DNA from: Bacteroidia bacterium
Lineage (GTDB): Bacteria; Bacteroidota; Bacteroidia; JANWJV01
Length of the DNA stretch: 64,000 nt
Assembly: GCA_025451785.1 (NCBI GenBank)
Contig: JANWJV010000124.1
Coordinates: 2,428 to 66,427 of the forward strand
Direction of reading: 5' to 3'
The notes beneath the pieces are model-generated. The model ran no database searches, was not told the DNA's origin, and was given only the letters and a program-made list of their open reading frames with translations. The position numbers and the translations under genes were made by a program. Shown piece by piece: positions 20,204 to 30,311 of the stretch (its first letter is position 1; every line of letters starts with the position of its first letter).

Positions 20204-22027
20204 TTAATCGTGCTCTCCTCCGTCGTGCTCTCCGTCCTCAAGAGGAACGGTTTGCGGCACAAAGTCTTTTGATTTCCCCGGTTTGCTGTAGTCATAGGCC
20301 CAGCGGTGCACCACGGGAAGCTTTCCTGCCCAGTTGCCGTGGATATGGCCAACGCCGTTGGTCCATTCCAGGGTAGTGGAGTTCCAGGGGTTTTCCGGGG
20401 CTTTGGGACCACGGAAAATGCTGTAGAAGAAGTTGAACAGGAAGATCAGCTGGGCGATGGCACCAATGATGGCCGCCACAGAAACAAATTCGTTGATGTC
20501 CATAAGGTTATCGAAGATGGGGAAAGCGGTATTGGAGTAATATCTTCTTGGTACGCCTGCCAGTCCCAGGAAGTGCATGGGGAAGAACACCGCATAGGCA
20601 GAGGCGAAGGTGATCCAGAAGTGGGCATAGCCCAGCTTTTTGTTCATCATCCGTAGGAACAATTTCGGGAACCAGTGGTATACACCCGCGAACATCCCGA
20701 GGATGGCGCTGAGACCCATCACAATGTGGAAGTGCGCCACCACGAAATAAGTATCGTGGATGGGGATATCGAGCGCTGAGTCAGCGAGGATGATACCGGT
20801 AACACCGCCGGAGATAAAGGTCGACACCAGGCCGATGGAGAAAAGCATGGCAGGGGTGAACTGGATATTGCCTTTCCAGAGGGTGGTAATGTAGTTGAAG
20901 GCCTTCACCGCCGATGGTATGGCGATGAGCAGCGTGGTAAATACAAAGACAGATCCCAGGAAGGGGTTCATGCCGGTGATGAACATGTGGTGGCCCCATA
21001 CGATGAAGGAGAGGAAGCCGATAGCCAGCATAGAGCCGATCATGGCGCGATAGCCGAAGATGGGCTTGCGTGAGTTCACCGCGATGATCTCCGAGGCCAT
21101 GCCGAGGGCAGGCAGCAGCACGATGTATACCTCAGGGTGACCCAGGAACCAGAAAAGGTGCTGGAACAGTACAGGGCTGCCGCCGGTCGCGTCAAGCGGG
21201 TGGCCGTTGATGAAAATGTCTGACAGGTAGAAGCTCGTGCCGAAAGTACGGTCCATGATGAGCAGCACCGCGCAGGAAAGGAGCACAGGGAATGAAAGCA
21301 CGCCGAGGATAGCGGTGATGAGGAATGCCCAGATGGTAAGTGGCAGGCGGGTCATTGACATACCCTTGGTGCGCAGGTTGATAACGGTAATGATGTAGTT
21401 AAGGCCGCCAAGAAGTGCTGACACAACGAAGAGCGACATACTGATAAGCCACAGGTCCATGCCCGCGCCCGATCCCGGAATGGCTTCCGCCAGGGCACTT
21501 AAGGGGGGATACACTGTCCATCCCGCCGATGCCGGCCCGTTCTCTACAAAGAGCGAGGCGAACATAAGGAGACTTGACACGAAGAAGAACCAGTACGAAA
21601 GCATGTTAAGGAAGCCGGAGGCCATATCGCGCGCGCCTACCTGGTAAGGTATGAGCAGGTTAGAGAAGGTACCGCTCAGGCCGCCCGTAAGTACGAAGAA
21701 CACCATGATGGTTCCGTGGATCGTTACCAGCGCGAGGTACATATTGGGGTCCATCACTCCGTCTTTGCCCCACTTGTCGCCAAGCATGTAATTGATGAAG
21801 GCGAATTTTTCACCAGCTTCACCCCAGGCCAGCTGGAGGCGGAAGAGCGTTGACATGAGCATCGCCACCACCGCCATGAAGATAGCGGTGATCAGGAACT
21901 GCCTGGAGATCATCTTATGATCCTGGCTGAAGACGTATTTCGTTATGAACGTCTCCTGATGATGATGGTGATCATCGTGCCCGTGGCCGTGGTGTTCGCC
22001 GTGGCCGTGTCCGTGATTATCTGACAT
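20204..22027 (-). CDS. ctaD: Cytochrome c oxidase subunit I (A1-type heme-copper oxidase)
   Basis: TIHGTIMVFF, GWTVYPPL, WFLGHPEVY, VWGHHMF, HDTYFVVAHFH, GVPRRY; His-rich N-terminus. Confidence 0.95.
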   Translation of the reverse strand: MSDNHGHGHGEHHGHGHDDHHHHQETFITKYVFSQDHKMISRQFLITAIFMAVVAMLMSTLFRLQLAWGEAGEKFAFINYMLGDKWGKDGVMDPNMYLALVTIHGTIMVFFVLTGGLSGTFSNLLIPYQVGARDMASGFLNMLSYWFFFVSSLLMFASLFVENGPASAGWTVYPPLSALAEAIPGSGAGMDLWLISMSLFVVSALLGGLNYIITVINLRTKGMSMTRLPLTIWAFLITAILGVLSFPVLLSCAVLLIMDRTFGTSFYLSDIFINGHPLDATGGSPVLFQHLFWFLGHPEVYIVLLPALGMASEIIAVNSRKPIFGYRAMIGSMLAIGFLSFIVWGHHMFITGMNPFLGSVFVFTTLLIAIPSAVKAFNYITTLWKGNIQFTPAMLFSIGLVSTFISGGVTGIILADSALDIPIHDTYFVVAHFHIVMGLSAILGMFAGVYHWFPKLFLRMMNKKLGYAHFWITFASAYAVFFPMHFLGLAGVPRRYYSNTAFPIFDNLMDINEFVSVAAIIGAIAQLIFLFNFFYSIFRGPKAPENPWNSTTLEWTNGVGHIHGNWAGKLPVVHRWAYDYSKPGKSKDFVPQTVPLEDGEHDGGEHD

Positions 22028-22052
22028 ACTCGTTTATTTTATAATGGTCTCT

Positions 22053-23063
22053 TTATTTTCCTTCCTTGATCTCCGCAGCGTCGGCAGTAGCAGGGGCTGC
22101 GCTGAGATTGGGTTTTTGTTTTTTCAACCAGGCATCAAATTCCTCCTGGGTATCTACAATGATGTTCATCTGCATGTTGTAATGGCTGGCTCCGCAGATC
22201 TTGTTGCACAGCAGTAAGTATTCAAAGTTCGGGTTGTTGGTGATCTCCTTCATCCTTTTTGACGTGATGGTAGGAGTAAAGTGCAGGAAGGTGATCATAC
22301 CGGGCACCGCGTTCATCTGCTGGCGGAAGTGCGGCATATAAGCGCTGTGGATCACGTCGCGCGAGCGGATCTTGAACTCCACAGGCTGGTTTATAGGGAT
22401 GTGGAACTCGCCCTTCACAGTAAAGTCGTCAGCGGTCTTGGGGTCGTTAGCGTCAACGCCAAGGGGATTGCTGGCAGTAATAAGCTTGTAGCTGAAACCA
22501 CCAAGGGTATTGTCGGTGCCGGCATAACGCGCGGTCCAGTCGAACTGTTTTGCGTACAGCTCAATGATACGCATATTGGGGTCGGCGGGAGCGGTAATGG
22601 TGGTCCACGATTTAAGACCCAGGATGATGATCACCGCCAGCACCACTGCGGGAACGGTGGTCCAGAGGATCTCCAGTTTGTTGTTATGGGGATAGTAATG
22701 CGCTACCGCGTTGTCGCGGCCGTAGTATTTGTAAGAGAACCAGAAAAGCAGCACGTTGGTGATGATGAACACCACCCAAATGATGATGAAGTTGAAGTTA
22801 AGAAGCCAGTCGAGCTCAACACCTTCGATGGATGCGGCTACCGGCAGGAGCTTGTCCTTGTACTTGATCACCTGCCAAAAACAGAAGAGCATAAAGGTGA
22901 CCATGAACCAGAACATCAGCTTACCGTTCCTGCGGTTGTCAGCTTCTTTGATCTCGTAATGGCGGGTCCCTTTCAATTCCGAAGCGAGCTCGAACACTCT
23001 CATCAGCTGGGTGGCAGCGATGATGCCGAGCAGGATGGCCGAATAAACTAAAAACTTGATCAT
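22053..23063 (-). CDS. ctaC: Cytochrome c oxidase subunit II
   Basis: LEILWTTVP, KQFDW, SRDVIHS, CuA motif CNKICGASHYNM. Confidence 0.93.
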   Translation of the reverse strand: MIKFLVYSAILLGIIAATQLMRVFELASELKGTRHYEIKEADNRRNGKLMFWFMVTFMLFCFWQVIKYKDKLLPVAASIEGVELDWLLNFNFIIIWVVFIITNVLLFWFSYKYYGRDNAVAHYYPHNNKLEILWTTVPAVVLAVIIILGLKSWTTITAPADPNMRIIELYAKQFDWTARYAGTDNTLGGFSYKLITASNPLGVDANDPKTADDFTVKGEFHIPINQPVEFKIRSRDVIHSAYMPHFRQQMNAVPGMITFLHFTPTITSKRMKEITNNPNFEYLLLCNKICGASHYNMQMNIIVDTQEEFDAWLKKQKPNLSAAPATADAAEIKEGK

Positions 23064-23109
23064 ACGCGATGAATTTTATTTAATGTTTCTTCTTCGATAC
23101 GTTTTACAA

Positions 23110-24327
23110 TCAGGTACTGTGATGGAGGCTTTCGTCCAGGTACGGGTGGTTCTTCACCAGCAGCGGGGCTTTGGCCAGGTTACTGAGCACGATAAAAACG
23201 AACAGGCCGAGGAACCCGGCGAACATGCCGATCTCGGTGAATCCAAAATGCTTGTGTTCATGTACTGCGGCAGGCATGATCATGGTATACACATCGAAGT
23301 AATGGCCTGCGGTGATGATGATTCCCACGAAGGTGAGGAAGCCGGCATTGCGCTTGGCATCTCTCGACATGAGGAACAGCATCGGGAAGGCGAAGTTCGT
23401 AAAGAACATTCCCCACAGGATGCCGCGGTAGCCGAACTCGTGCAGCCTGTCGTAATAATAGCTTACTTCTTCAGGCATGTTGGTGTACCAGATAAGCATG
23501 AACTGCATAAAGAACAAGTAGGTCCAGAGGAAACTGATGGCGAACATCCATTTTCCAAGGTCGTGGATGGTGCTTTCAGTAACAAACTCCATGTAGCCCT
23601 GGCTCTTCAGGTGCAGGGTAAGAAGGATGATGGTGATCAGCGCGGTGATCCACATTCCGGAAAAGGTATACCATCCGAACATGGTGCTGAACCAGTGTGT
23701 GTCGATCGACATGATCCAGTCCCAGGAGCAGGTGGAAGAAGTAACGCCGAAGAACACCAGGAAGATAGCGGCGCTCTTCATATTGCTGAAGTGGATCACG
23801 TGGTTGCTGTCGCCGTTCAGGTCAGCGTCGAGCGAGCGCTTGCGGAACAGGCGCTGGAAGCCCGACCAAACAACAACATAAACAATAGCCCTGCCCATGA
23901 AGAAGATGGGTCCGAGGTATCCCATTTTACCCTGGATCAGCTCGTCGTGTTTCACCACTTCGGGATCCATGAACTCGTAGATATGATGCACACCCAGTTC
24001 GCCCAGGATCAGGAAGAGCAACATGATACCCGCGCCAATGGGCAGGTAGCATGATACGGCTTCGATCACACGTTTAACGGTAGTAGCCCATGCAGCTTCC
24101 GCGGCGTATTGCAGCGCCAGGAAGAAAGTGGCAGCGAGGCCAATGGCCATGAAGAAGAAGGTGTTCAGGAGCAGGTTGGCCCAAAACCGGTTGTGATGGT
24201 AATGGTCCTCCATGCCTTCGGGGGCGTGGTCAGTGATGAAACCCACGATCATGGCGATGAGGCCAATGCCCATCAGCACGAAGGTCGCCTTCTTGAGCCT
24301 GTCAGGGAATGTATAGGTTAAATTCAT
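23110..24327 (-). CDS. actF: Alternative complex III subunit ActF
   Basis: Polytopic NrfD-like protein; WDWIMSIDTHWFSTMFGWY, HDLGK, QFMLIWYTNMPEE; operon position. Confidence 0.9.
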   Translation of the reverse strand: MNLTYTFPDRLKKATFVLMGIGLIAMIVGFITDHAPEGMEDHYHHNRFWANLLLNTFFFMAIGLAATFFLALQYAAEAAWATTVKRVIEAVSCYLPIGAGIMLLFLILGELGVHHIYEFMDPEVVKHDELIQGKMGYLGPIFFMGRAIVYVVVWSGFQRLFRKRSLDADLNGDSNHVIHFSNMKSAAIFLVFFGVTSSTCSWDWIMSIDTHWFSTMFGWYTFSGMWITALITIILLTLHLKSQGYMEFVTESTIHDLGKWMFAISFLWTYLFFMQFMLIWYTNMPEEVSYYYDRLHEFGYRGILWGMFFTNFAFPMLFLMSRDAKRNAGFLTFVGIIITAGHYFDVYTMIMPAAVHEHKHFGFTEIGMFAGFLGLFVFIVLSNLAKAPLLVKNHPYLDESLHHST

Positions 24328-24338
24328 AATCAGGTAAA

Positions 24339-24977
24339 TTATTTATGTTCTCCTTTATGTTCTTCTGTTGCTTTTGCGCCTTCAGCTGCAGGTGCTGCGG
24401 TACTGTCCTTCGCTGCAGGTGCGGCCCCTTCGGGATTCTGAAGCTTTTGTACATAATGCACCAGCTTCCAGCGCTCTTCAATGCTGAGCAGCGAGCGGTG
24501 CGATCCCATCAGGCCTTTGCCATAAGTAATAGAATGAAATATCTTTCCTTCGGGAAGGCCTTTTATCGCTCCTGAGGAATAAGAAGGAGGAGCACCGGGA
24601 AGTTTTTGCCCTACTTTACCGTCGCCCCCGCCAGCCGTGCCGTGGCAGTGCACACAAAACTTACCGTAAAGTACTTCGCCTTCCGCGAGCACTTCGGGAC
24701 TTTTCAAAATGGGGTTCTTCAGCAGTCGTCCTGCGGCAGAATATCCTCCTGTATCGTTCGCGAAAGGATAGGGCAGGTAACCACGGGCGATGGTGCCTGC
24801 AGGAGGCATCATGTTGGCCGACATCGTGTCGCCATCCAGCGTCGTCATCATATTGGTCTCGAACGAAGGAGAACGGTACATGTCAGGCATGTATTCCACT
24901 CCCGGGCTGTTGGCGTCCTTTTTACCGCAGGCGCCCATCAGCACAAGAACAGAGATACCGGTGATGAGTTTCTTCAT
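24339..24977 (-). CDS. actE: Alternative complex III subunit ActE, monoheme cytochrome c lipoprotein
   Basis: Lipobox MGAC, EYMPDMY, CVHCH, GKGLMGSH, ERWKLVHYV. Confidence 0.9.
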   Translation of the reverse strand: MKKLITGISVLVLMGACGKKDANSPGVEYMPDMYRSPSFETNMMTTLDGDTMSANMMPPAGTIARGYLPYPFANDTGGYSAAGRLLKNPILKSPEVLAEGEVLYGKFCVHCHGTAGGGDGKVGQKLPGAPPSYSSGAIKGLPEGKIFHSITYGKGLMGSHRSLLSIEERWKLVHYVQKLQNPEGAAPAAKDSTAAPAAEGAKATEEHKGEHK

Positions 24978-24997
24978 ATTAACAGGTCGTTACTTTA

Positions 24998-25519
24998 TTA
25001 ATGTTTAATGTTCACTTCCGAAGCACCGGTCTTTTTGAGGGTCGACTCGATAGCGCTCTTCTGCGCGTCGCTTGCCTCCAAAAGGATCAGGAACTTATTG
25101 TCGGTGGTCCTGGGGTCGGGATTCTTCGGGGTAACACCGGGAAGGATCCAGCTTCTCAGGAAAAAGGTGATGGCCATGCCGTGCGCCGCGCAAAGCACGG
25201 TACATTCGAAAGTGATAGGAACAAAAGCCGGTATGTTCATGTAGTAGGCGAAGCTGGGCTTGCCGCCAATGTCGGTAGGCCAGTCGTGCACCATCATGTA
25301 CCACATCATGAGCGTGCCGAGCGAAGTGCCGGTAATGCCGTAAAGGAAAGAAGTGATGGCGATACGGGTACGCTTCAGGCCCATGGCATGGTCGAGGCCG
25401 TGCACGGGGAAGGGCGTGAACACGTCCTTGATGCTGATGCCCTGCGAACGAAGTGCGCTAACGCCTTCGATCAGCTGCACCTCATCGTCGTAGATTCCGT
25501 GAATGACTGTTTTGCTCAT
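24998..25519 (-). CDS. actD: Alternative complex III subunit ActD (DUF3341)
   Basis: FTPFPVHGLD, DWPTDIGGKP, FVPITFE. Confidence 0.9.
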   Translation of the reverse strand: MSKTVIHGIYDDEVQLIEGVSALRSQGISIKDVFTPFPVHGLDHAMGLKRTRIAITSFLYGITGTSLGTLMMWYMMVHDWPTDIGGKPSFAYYMNIPAFVPITFECTVLCAAHGMAITFFLRSWILPGVTPKNPDPRTTDNKFLILLEASDAQKSAIESTLKKTGASEVNIKH

Positions 25520-25538
25520 ATGCTGTTATATCTGAATA

Positions 25539-26918
25539 TTAATGATGTGCGTTGCCTTTCTTATACTGTATGCTTGATGACTTCACAATACTTTTCAATT
25601 CGGCTTGCGCGATCACAGGGAACACCCTCGCGAAGAGCAGGAAGAAGGTGAAGAACATGCCGATGGTTCCGATGAAGATGCCCACATCCACGAAAGTGGG
25701 GGAGTACATGTTCCAGGAAGAAGGCAGGTGTGTACGGCAAAGTGTGGGTACGATGATCACGAAGCGCTCGAACCACATGCCGATGTTCACCACGATAGAC
25801 ATAAAGAAAGTGAAGGCCAGGTTGGTGCGCAGCTTTTTGAACCAGAAGATCTGCGGCGAAAGCACGTTACAGGTCATCATGGCGGCATAGGCCCACCAAT
25901 AGGGTCCCGTCGCCCGGTTGAGGAAGGCATATTGTTCGTATTCCACACCCGAGTACCAGGAGATGAACAGCTCGGTAAGGTAAGCGATACCTACCAGCGA
26001 CCCGGTAACGATGATAACGATGTTCATATACTCCACGTGCTTCACGGTGATGTAATGCTCCAGGTTGAACACCTTGCGCATGATGAGCAGCAGGGTCAAT
26101 ACCATGGCGAAGCCGGAGAAGATAGCACCGGCAACGAAATAGGGCGGGAAGATGGTGGTGTGCCAGCCGGGAACTACCGATGTGGCGAAGTCGGTGGATA
26201 CAATAGAGTGTACAGAGAATACCAGGGGGGTGCTGAGGCCGGCAAGTACCAGCGACACTTCCTCGAAACGCTGCCAGTCCTTGGCCCTTCCGCTCCATCC
26301 GAAGCTGAGTATTGTGTAGATCTTTTTGGCCATCGGCTTGGTCATCCTGTCGCGGATCATGGCGAAATCAGGGATGAGGCCGGTATACCAGAACACAAGT
26401 GATACAGAGAAATAGGTCGATACCGCGAACACGTCCCAGAGGAGTGGTGAGTTGAAGTTCACCCAGAGGGAACCGAACTGGTTCGGAAGGGGGAACAGCC
26501 AGTAGTCGAGCCAGGGGCGGCCGGTGTGCAGCACTACGAAGATGGCCGCGCACATTACCGCAAAGATCGTCATCGCTTCCGCGGAACGGTTGATGGCCAT
26601 TCTCCATTTCTGACGGAATAGCAAAAGCACCGCCGAGATCAGGGTTCCCGCGTGGCCGATACCGATCCACCATACGAAATTGGTGATGTCCCATGCCCAG
26701 TCAACACCGTTGTTAGAGCCCCACACCCCGATACCGGTACCGATGGTGTAAGCAAGGCACCCGATCCCCCACATGAAAGCGACGAAGGAGATGGTGAACA
26801 CGATCCACCACTGCCTGTTGGGCTTGCTCTTAATCGGCCTGATGATATCGTCAGATATATCGCTGTACGATTTCTCGACGATAATTAAGGGCTCCCTGAT
26901 TGCTGATTCCTTATGCAT
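25539..26918 (-). CDS. actC: Alternative complex III subunit ActC (NrfD/PsrC family)
   Basis: WDITNFVWWIGIGHAGTLISA, NRSAEAMT, HTGRPW, NFNSPLLWD, GMWFERFVI. Confidence 0.95.
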   Translation of the reverse strand: MHKESAIREPLIIVEKSYSDISDDIIRPIKSKPNRQWWIVFTISFVAFMWGIGCLAYTIGTGIGVWGSNNGVDWAWDITNFVWWIGIGHAGTLISAVLLLFRQKWRMAINRSAEAMTIFAVMCAAIFVVLHTGRPWLDYWLFPLPNQFGSLWVNFNSPLLWDVFAVSTYFSVSLVFWYTGLIPDFAMIRDRMTKPMAKKIYTILSFGWSGRAKDWQRFEEVSLVLAGLSTPLVFSVHSIVSTDFATSVVPGWHTTIFPPYFVAGAIFSGFAMVLTLLLIMRKVFNLEHYITVKHVEYMNIVIIVTGSLVGIAYLTELFISWYSGVEYEQYAFLNRATGPYWWAYAAMMTCNVLSPQIFWFKKLRTNLAFTFFMSIVVNIGMWFERFVIIVPTLCRTHLPSSWNMYSPTFVDVGIFIGTIGMFFTFFLLFARVFPVIAQAELKSIVKSSSIQYKKGNAHH

Positions 26919-26952
26919 ATCTTACATTATATAGGTGTTCGATCAAAAACGA

Positions 26953-29900
26953 TTACGATTCTTTTTTCTCTTCGTGCTTCTCTTCATGCTTTTCTTCCTG
27001 ATGCTCTTCGTGTTTCTCTTCGTGGTGCATCTCGGTAGGCGCACAGTTCCTTACTTTCACTTTGTAAGAAACAGTGGGCTGGAAGTTCATCTCTTCGAGC
27101 ATGAAATAGTTCCGTTCATCTCTCGCCTTCGTTACCGCGCTTTCAGCGTCGTTGAGGTCGCCGAACACGATAGCGTTAGTAGGACAAGCCTGCGCGCAGG
27201 CGGTTTGGATGCTGCCATCCACCAGCTTGGCTCCAGCCTTTTTGGCTTCGAGCTTGCCAGCCTGTACGCGCTGTATGCACATAGAGCATTTCTCCATTAC
27301 ACCCCTTGAGCGAACCACCACATCGGGGTTCAGCACCATGCGGCCCAGGTCGTCCTGCGCGGGGTTAAAAGTGTAGTCGGTATTGGCGTTGTAGTTATAC
27401 CAGTTAAAGCGCCTTACTTTGTAAGGACAGTTGTTAGCGCAATACCTTGTTCCCACACAGCGGTTATAGGTCATTACGTTAAGGCCGTCAGAAGTGTGGT
27501 TGGTGGCGATCACCGGGCAAACGGTTTCGCAGGGAGCCTGGTTACAGTGCTGGCACATCACCGGCTGGAAGATCACTTTCGGGTTCAGCTCGGCGGGTTT
27601 TTCCATGTCAAGATACATGGATACGGCGCCTTCGCCTTTCTCTTCCGCCACGTGCTCGTTCATATCGCTTTCGTAATAGCGGTCAATACGGATCCAGAGC
27701 ATTTCGCGGGTGCGCATCACCTGGTCCTTACCTACCACTGCCACGTTGTTTTCGGCAGTACATCCTACCACGCAAGCACCGCAGCCAATGCAGGAGGTAA
27801 GGTCGATGGTCAATCCCCAGCGGTGGCCGAGGCGGTCGAACTTATCCCAAAGGGTAACATCGGTAGGGTTCTTCAGGCCGCTGTGCGTATGGAGCATCTC
27901 GCGCTCGTTGCCTGCGCTGGCATCCTTCTTAAATTCTTCGAGGGTGGTCGACTTGGCAAGGTGCCTGCCCATCATGGTGTGATGGATCTGCGTACCCGCA
28001 AGCTTGTAATATTCATTGGCGTTCTCGATCTTCACATCGAAAGCGGCATACATCATCTGGTTGTTCACCATCTGAACCAGCGGATAGGCGTTCTGACCTA
28101 CCACACCTACTTTGTCGCTCAGCATTCCAGCCTTGGTCCTGCCGTAGCCGAGAGCAATGCCTACAGTACCGGGCATCTGGCCGGGCTGCGGGAACACAGG
28201 AAGTTTCAGCGTTACGCCGCCCACGGTGATGTTCACCAGGCTGGCATCGCGGTCCTGCCTTTCCATAAGGCTAAGGTTCATGATCTTCATGTCGATAGGC
28301 GACATGGTAACATAGTTGTCCCAGGTCACACGGGTGATGGGATCAGGAAGTTCCTGCAGCCAGGGGTTGTTGGCCTGGAGGCCGTTGCCGGGACCTGCCT
28401 TTTCATAAAGAGCAAGTTCGAAGGCTCCGCCCTTGGGCCATTTGGCGATCATGCCAGCGGCTTCGCCGGCCGACATTTTGGGAGCGGGTTCTGTTTTAAC
28501 ATCCACTACCATTTCCTGCTTGAACATGCCGGCGCCTGAAATGCTAACAGTATCTTTCTTAGTGTTCTTCGCTTCGTCCTTGCCGCTGTCGGTCTCTCCG
28601 GAGGGCATCAGGACCTTACCGGTGCCAACTGTAACCGCACCGTCGTGCAGTGAGTTGTTCCAGAATTCGGTAAACATCATGTACTTGCCTTGCATGGGAT
28701 ACACGCGCTCGCTCCATATCTTTTGTATGTAGGAATGGTAATCCATTTTATTACCGGCCCAGTGCAGCAGTGTTTGCTGTGCCTGTCGGGTGCCTTCGTG
28801 GCGGGGCTTGGCGAAGAGAGGCATAATGGCCGGCTGCTGGAGGCTGTAATGCGCCAGACTGGGGTTCGCGTCGTTCCATGATTCCAGGTAGTGGCTGTCG
28901 GGACAAACGTAATCGGCCCACTCGGCGGTCTCATCGATGCGGTCGGCAAAGGAAACTTTCAGTCCTACCTTTTTATAAGCTTCAGCGAAGCCTGCGGAGG
29001 CGGGGGCGGTATAAACGGGGTTCGTATTATAAGTGATGAGGGCGGCTACTTTACCGGCTTTCATATCGTTCACCAGTTCGGCAAACTCATCGTCCATGCC
29101 CTGGCGTACATAAGAGGGCGAGTCCATATCGAGGGTGCTGCCGTAGTTGTTCAGCATGGTGTTGATGCCGTTCACCAGCACCTGGCAGGCGGTATCGTTA
29201 ACGCCGCATACCACCAGCGAAGCACCTTTGTTAGCGGCAAGCCACTTAGCGGTTTCGGCTATCTTGGCATCGGCAGGTGTAGCTGAAGATGCTACCGCTG
29301 TTCCGCCGCAGAGGGCCGCAACGGCATTGTATAAGTTGGCCACGGTGGCGCCCATGTGTGAGGGCTTCACGTGGGCGCGCTCGTCGGCATTAGCGCCGGT
29401 AAGCGAAAGGTTTGATTCGAACTGTACGTGCTTCGACATTTCCGAATTAGCCTTGCTGAGCTTGCGGCCCATGGAATATCCTTTGGCGTGCTCGATGGGC
29501 GATACCCAGTTGAGGAGGAAGTCGGCGCCGATGCTCACGATCACTTTCGCTTTTTCGAAATGATAAGTGGGCAGTACGGCTTTTTCGAAGCTGTTCCAGT
29601 TGGCTTTCAGCATGCCGGAGCAGGATACCGCGTCGTACTGAACGTGTTTCACGTTGCCGTACTTGGCAGCGAACTCGGCGATGGCAGCCTTGGTAGAAGG
29701 GCTGATGATGGTGGAGCTGAGGATGCGGATGGCACCACCGGTAGAAGCAATAGAAGTAAGCTTACTTCCAATTTCTTTATCTACAGTATCCCAGGTCGAC
29801 TCAGCGCCTTTCGCGTAAGGACCTTTGATCCTGCTGCCGTCATATAATGAGAGCACGGAACCCTGGATACGGGCATTGGTGCCTCCTTTATTAATGGGGC

Positions 29901-30273
29901 TGAGGGTGTTGCCTTCCACTTTAATAGGACGGCCTTCGCGGGTCTTCACCAGGATGCCGGCATAATCGTTTCCGTCGAAATAAGTGGAGGCGTACCAGTT
30001 GGCAACGCCAGGGGTCACTTCTTCGGGCTTTACTACGTATGGAATGGCTTTGTTTACAGGCGTTTCGCAGGCAGCGAGGGAGGCAGCGGTAACGCTGAAG
30101 CCCAGGAATTTGAGGAAGTCCCTGCGGGAGGTCGAAGAGTTCTCTATCTTCTCGTCGCCCAGCAGTTTTTCCAGGGGGATCTCCTCGGCAAATTCGTTTT
30201 GCTGTTGCTGGATGAATTCAGGACCGTTTTGCAGTTCTTCTAATCCTTTCCAGAGTTTTTTAGTTGTACCCAT
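26953..30273 (-). CDS. actB: Alternative complex III subunit ActB (molybdopterin-oxidoreductase-like plus Fe-S domain)
   Basis: Internal twin-Arg SRRDFLK..AAC; REGRPIKVEGN; NNPWLQELPDP; Fe-S motifs CIGCGAC, CQHCNQAPCETVC, CVGTRYCANNCPY, CAQACP. Confidence 0.95.
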   Translation of the reverse strand: MGTTKKLWKGLEELQNGPEFIQQQQNEFAEEIPLEKLLGDEKIENSSTSRRDFLKFLGFSVTAASLAACETPVNKAIPYVVKPEEVTPGVANWYASTYFDGNDYAGILVKTREGRPIKVEGNTLSPINKGGTNARIQGSVLSLYDGSRIKGPYAKGAESTWDTVDKEIGSKLTSIASTGGAIRILSSTIISPSTKAAIAEFAAKYGNVKHVQYDAVSCSGMLKANWNSFEKAVLPTYHFEKAKVIVSIGADFLLNWVSPIEHAKGYSMGRKLSKANSEMSKHVQFESNLSLTGANADERAHVKPSHMGATVANLYNAVAALCGGTAVASSATPADAKIAETAKWLAANKGASLVVCGVNDTACQVLVNGINTMLNNYGSTLDMDSPSYVRQGMDDEFAELVNDMKAGKVAALITYNTNPVYTAPASAGFAEAYKKVGLKVSFADRIDETAEWADYVCPDSHYLESWNDANPSLAHYSLQQPAIMPLFAKPRHEGTRQAQQTLLHWAGNKMDYHSYIQKIWSERVYPMQGKYMMFTEFWNNSLHDGAVTVGTGKVLMPSGETDSGKDEAKNTKKDTVSISGAGMFKQEMVVDVKTEPAPKMSAGEAAGMIAKWPKGGAFELALYEKAGPGNGLQANNPWLQELPDPITRVTWDNYVTMSPIDMKIMNLSLMERQDRDASLVNITVGGVTLKLPVFPQPGQMPGTVGIALGYGRTKAGMLSDKVGVVGQNAYPLVQMVNNQMMYAAFDVKIENANEYYKLAGTQIHHTMMGRHLAKSTTLEEFKKDASAGNEREMLHTHSGLKNPTDVTLWDKFDRLGHRWGLTIDLTSCIGCGACVVGCTAENNVAVVGKDQVMRTREMLWIRIDRYYESDMNEHVAEEKGEGAVSMYLDMEKPAELNPKVIFQPVMCQHCNQAPCETVCPVIATNHTSDGLNVMTYNRCVGTRYCANNCPYKVRRFNWYNYNANTDYTFNPAQDDLGRMVLNPDVVVRSRGVMEKCSMCIQRVQAGKLEAKKAGAKLVDGSIQTACAQACPTNAIVFGDLNDAESAVTKARDERNYFMLEEMNFQPTVSYKVKVRNCAPTEMHHEEKHEEHQEEKHEEKHEEKKES

Positions 30274-30311
30274 AATCTAAACCTGTATAGTAATGGTTCC
30301 TTTTCTAAATG

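Noticed and set aside
20204-23063. No cox subunit III/IV or heme A/O synthesis genes; CNKIC in the CuA motif
   Set aside because: This split arrangement and motif variant are normal for Bacteroidota ACIII-aa3 loci.
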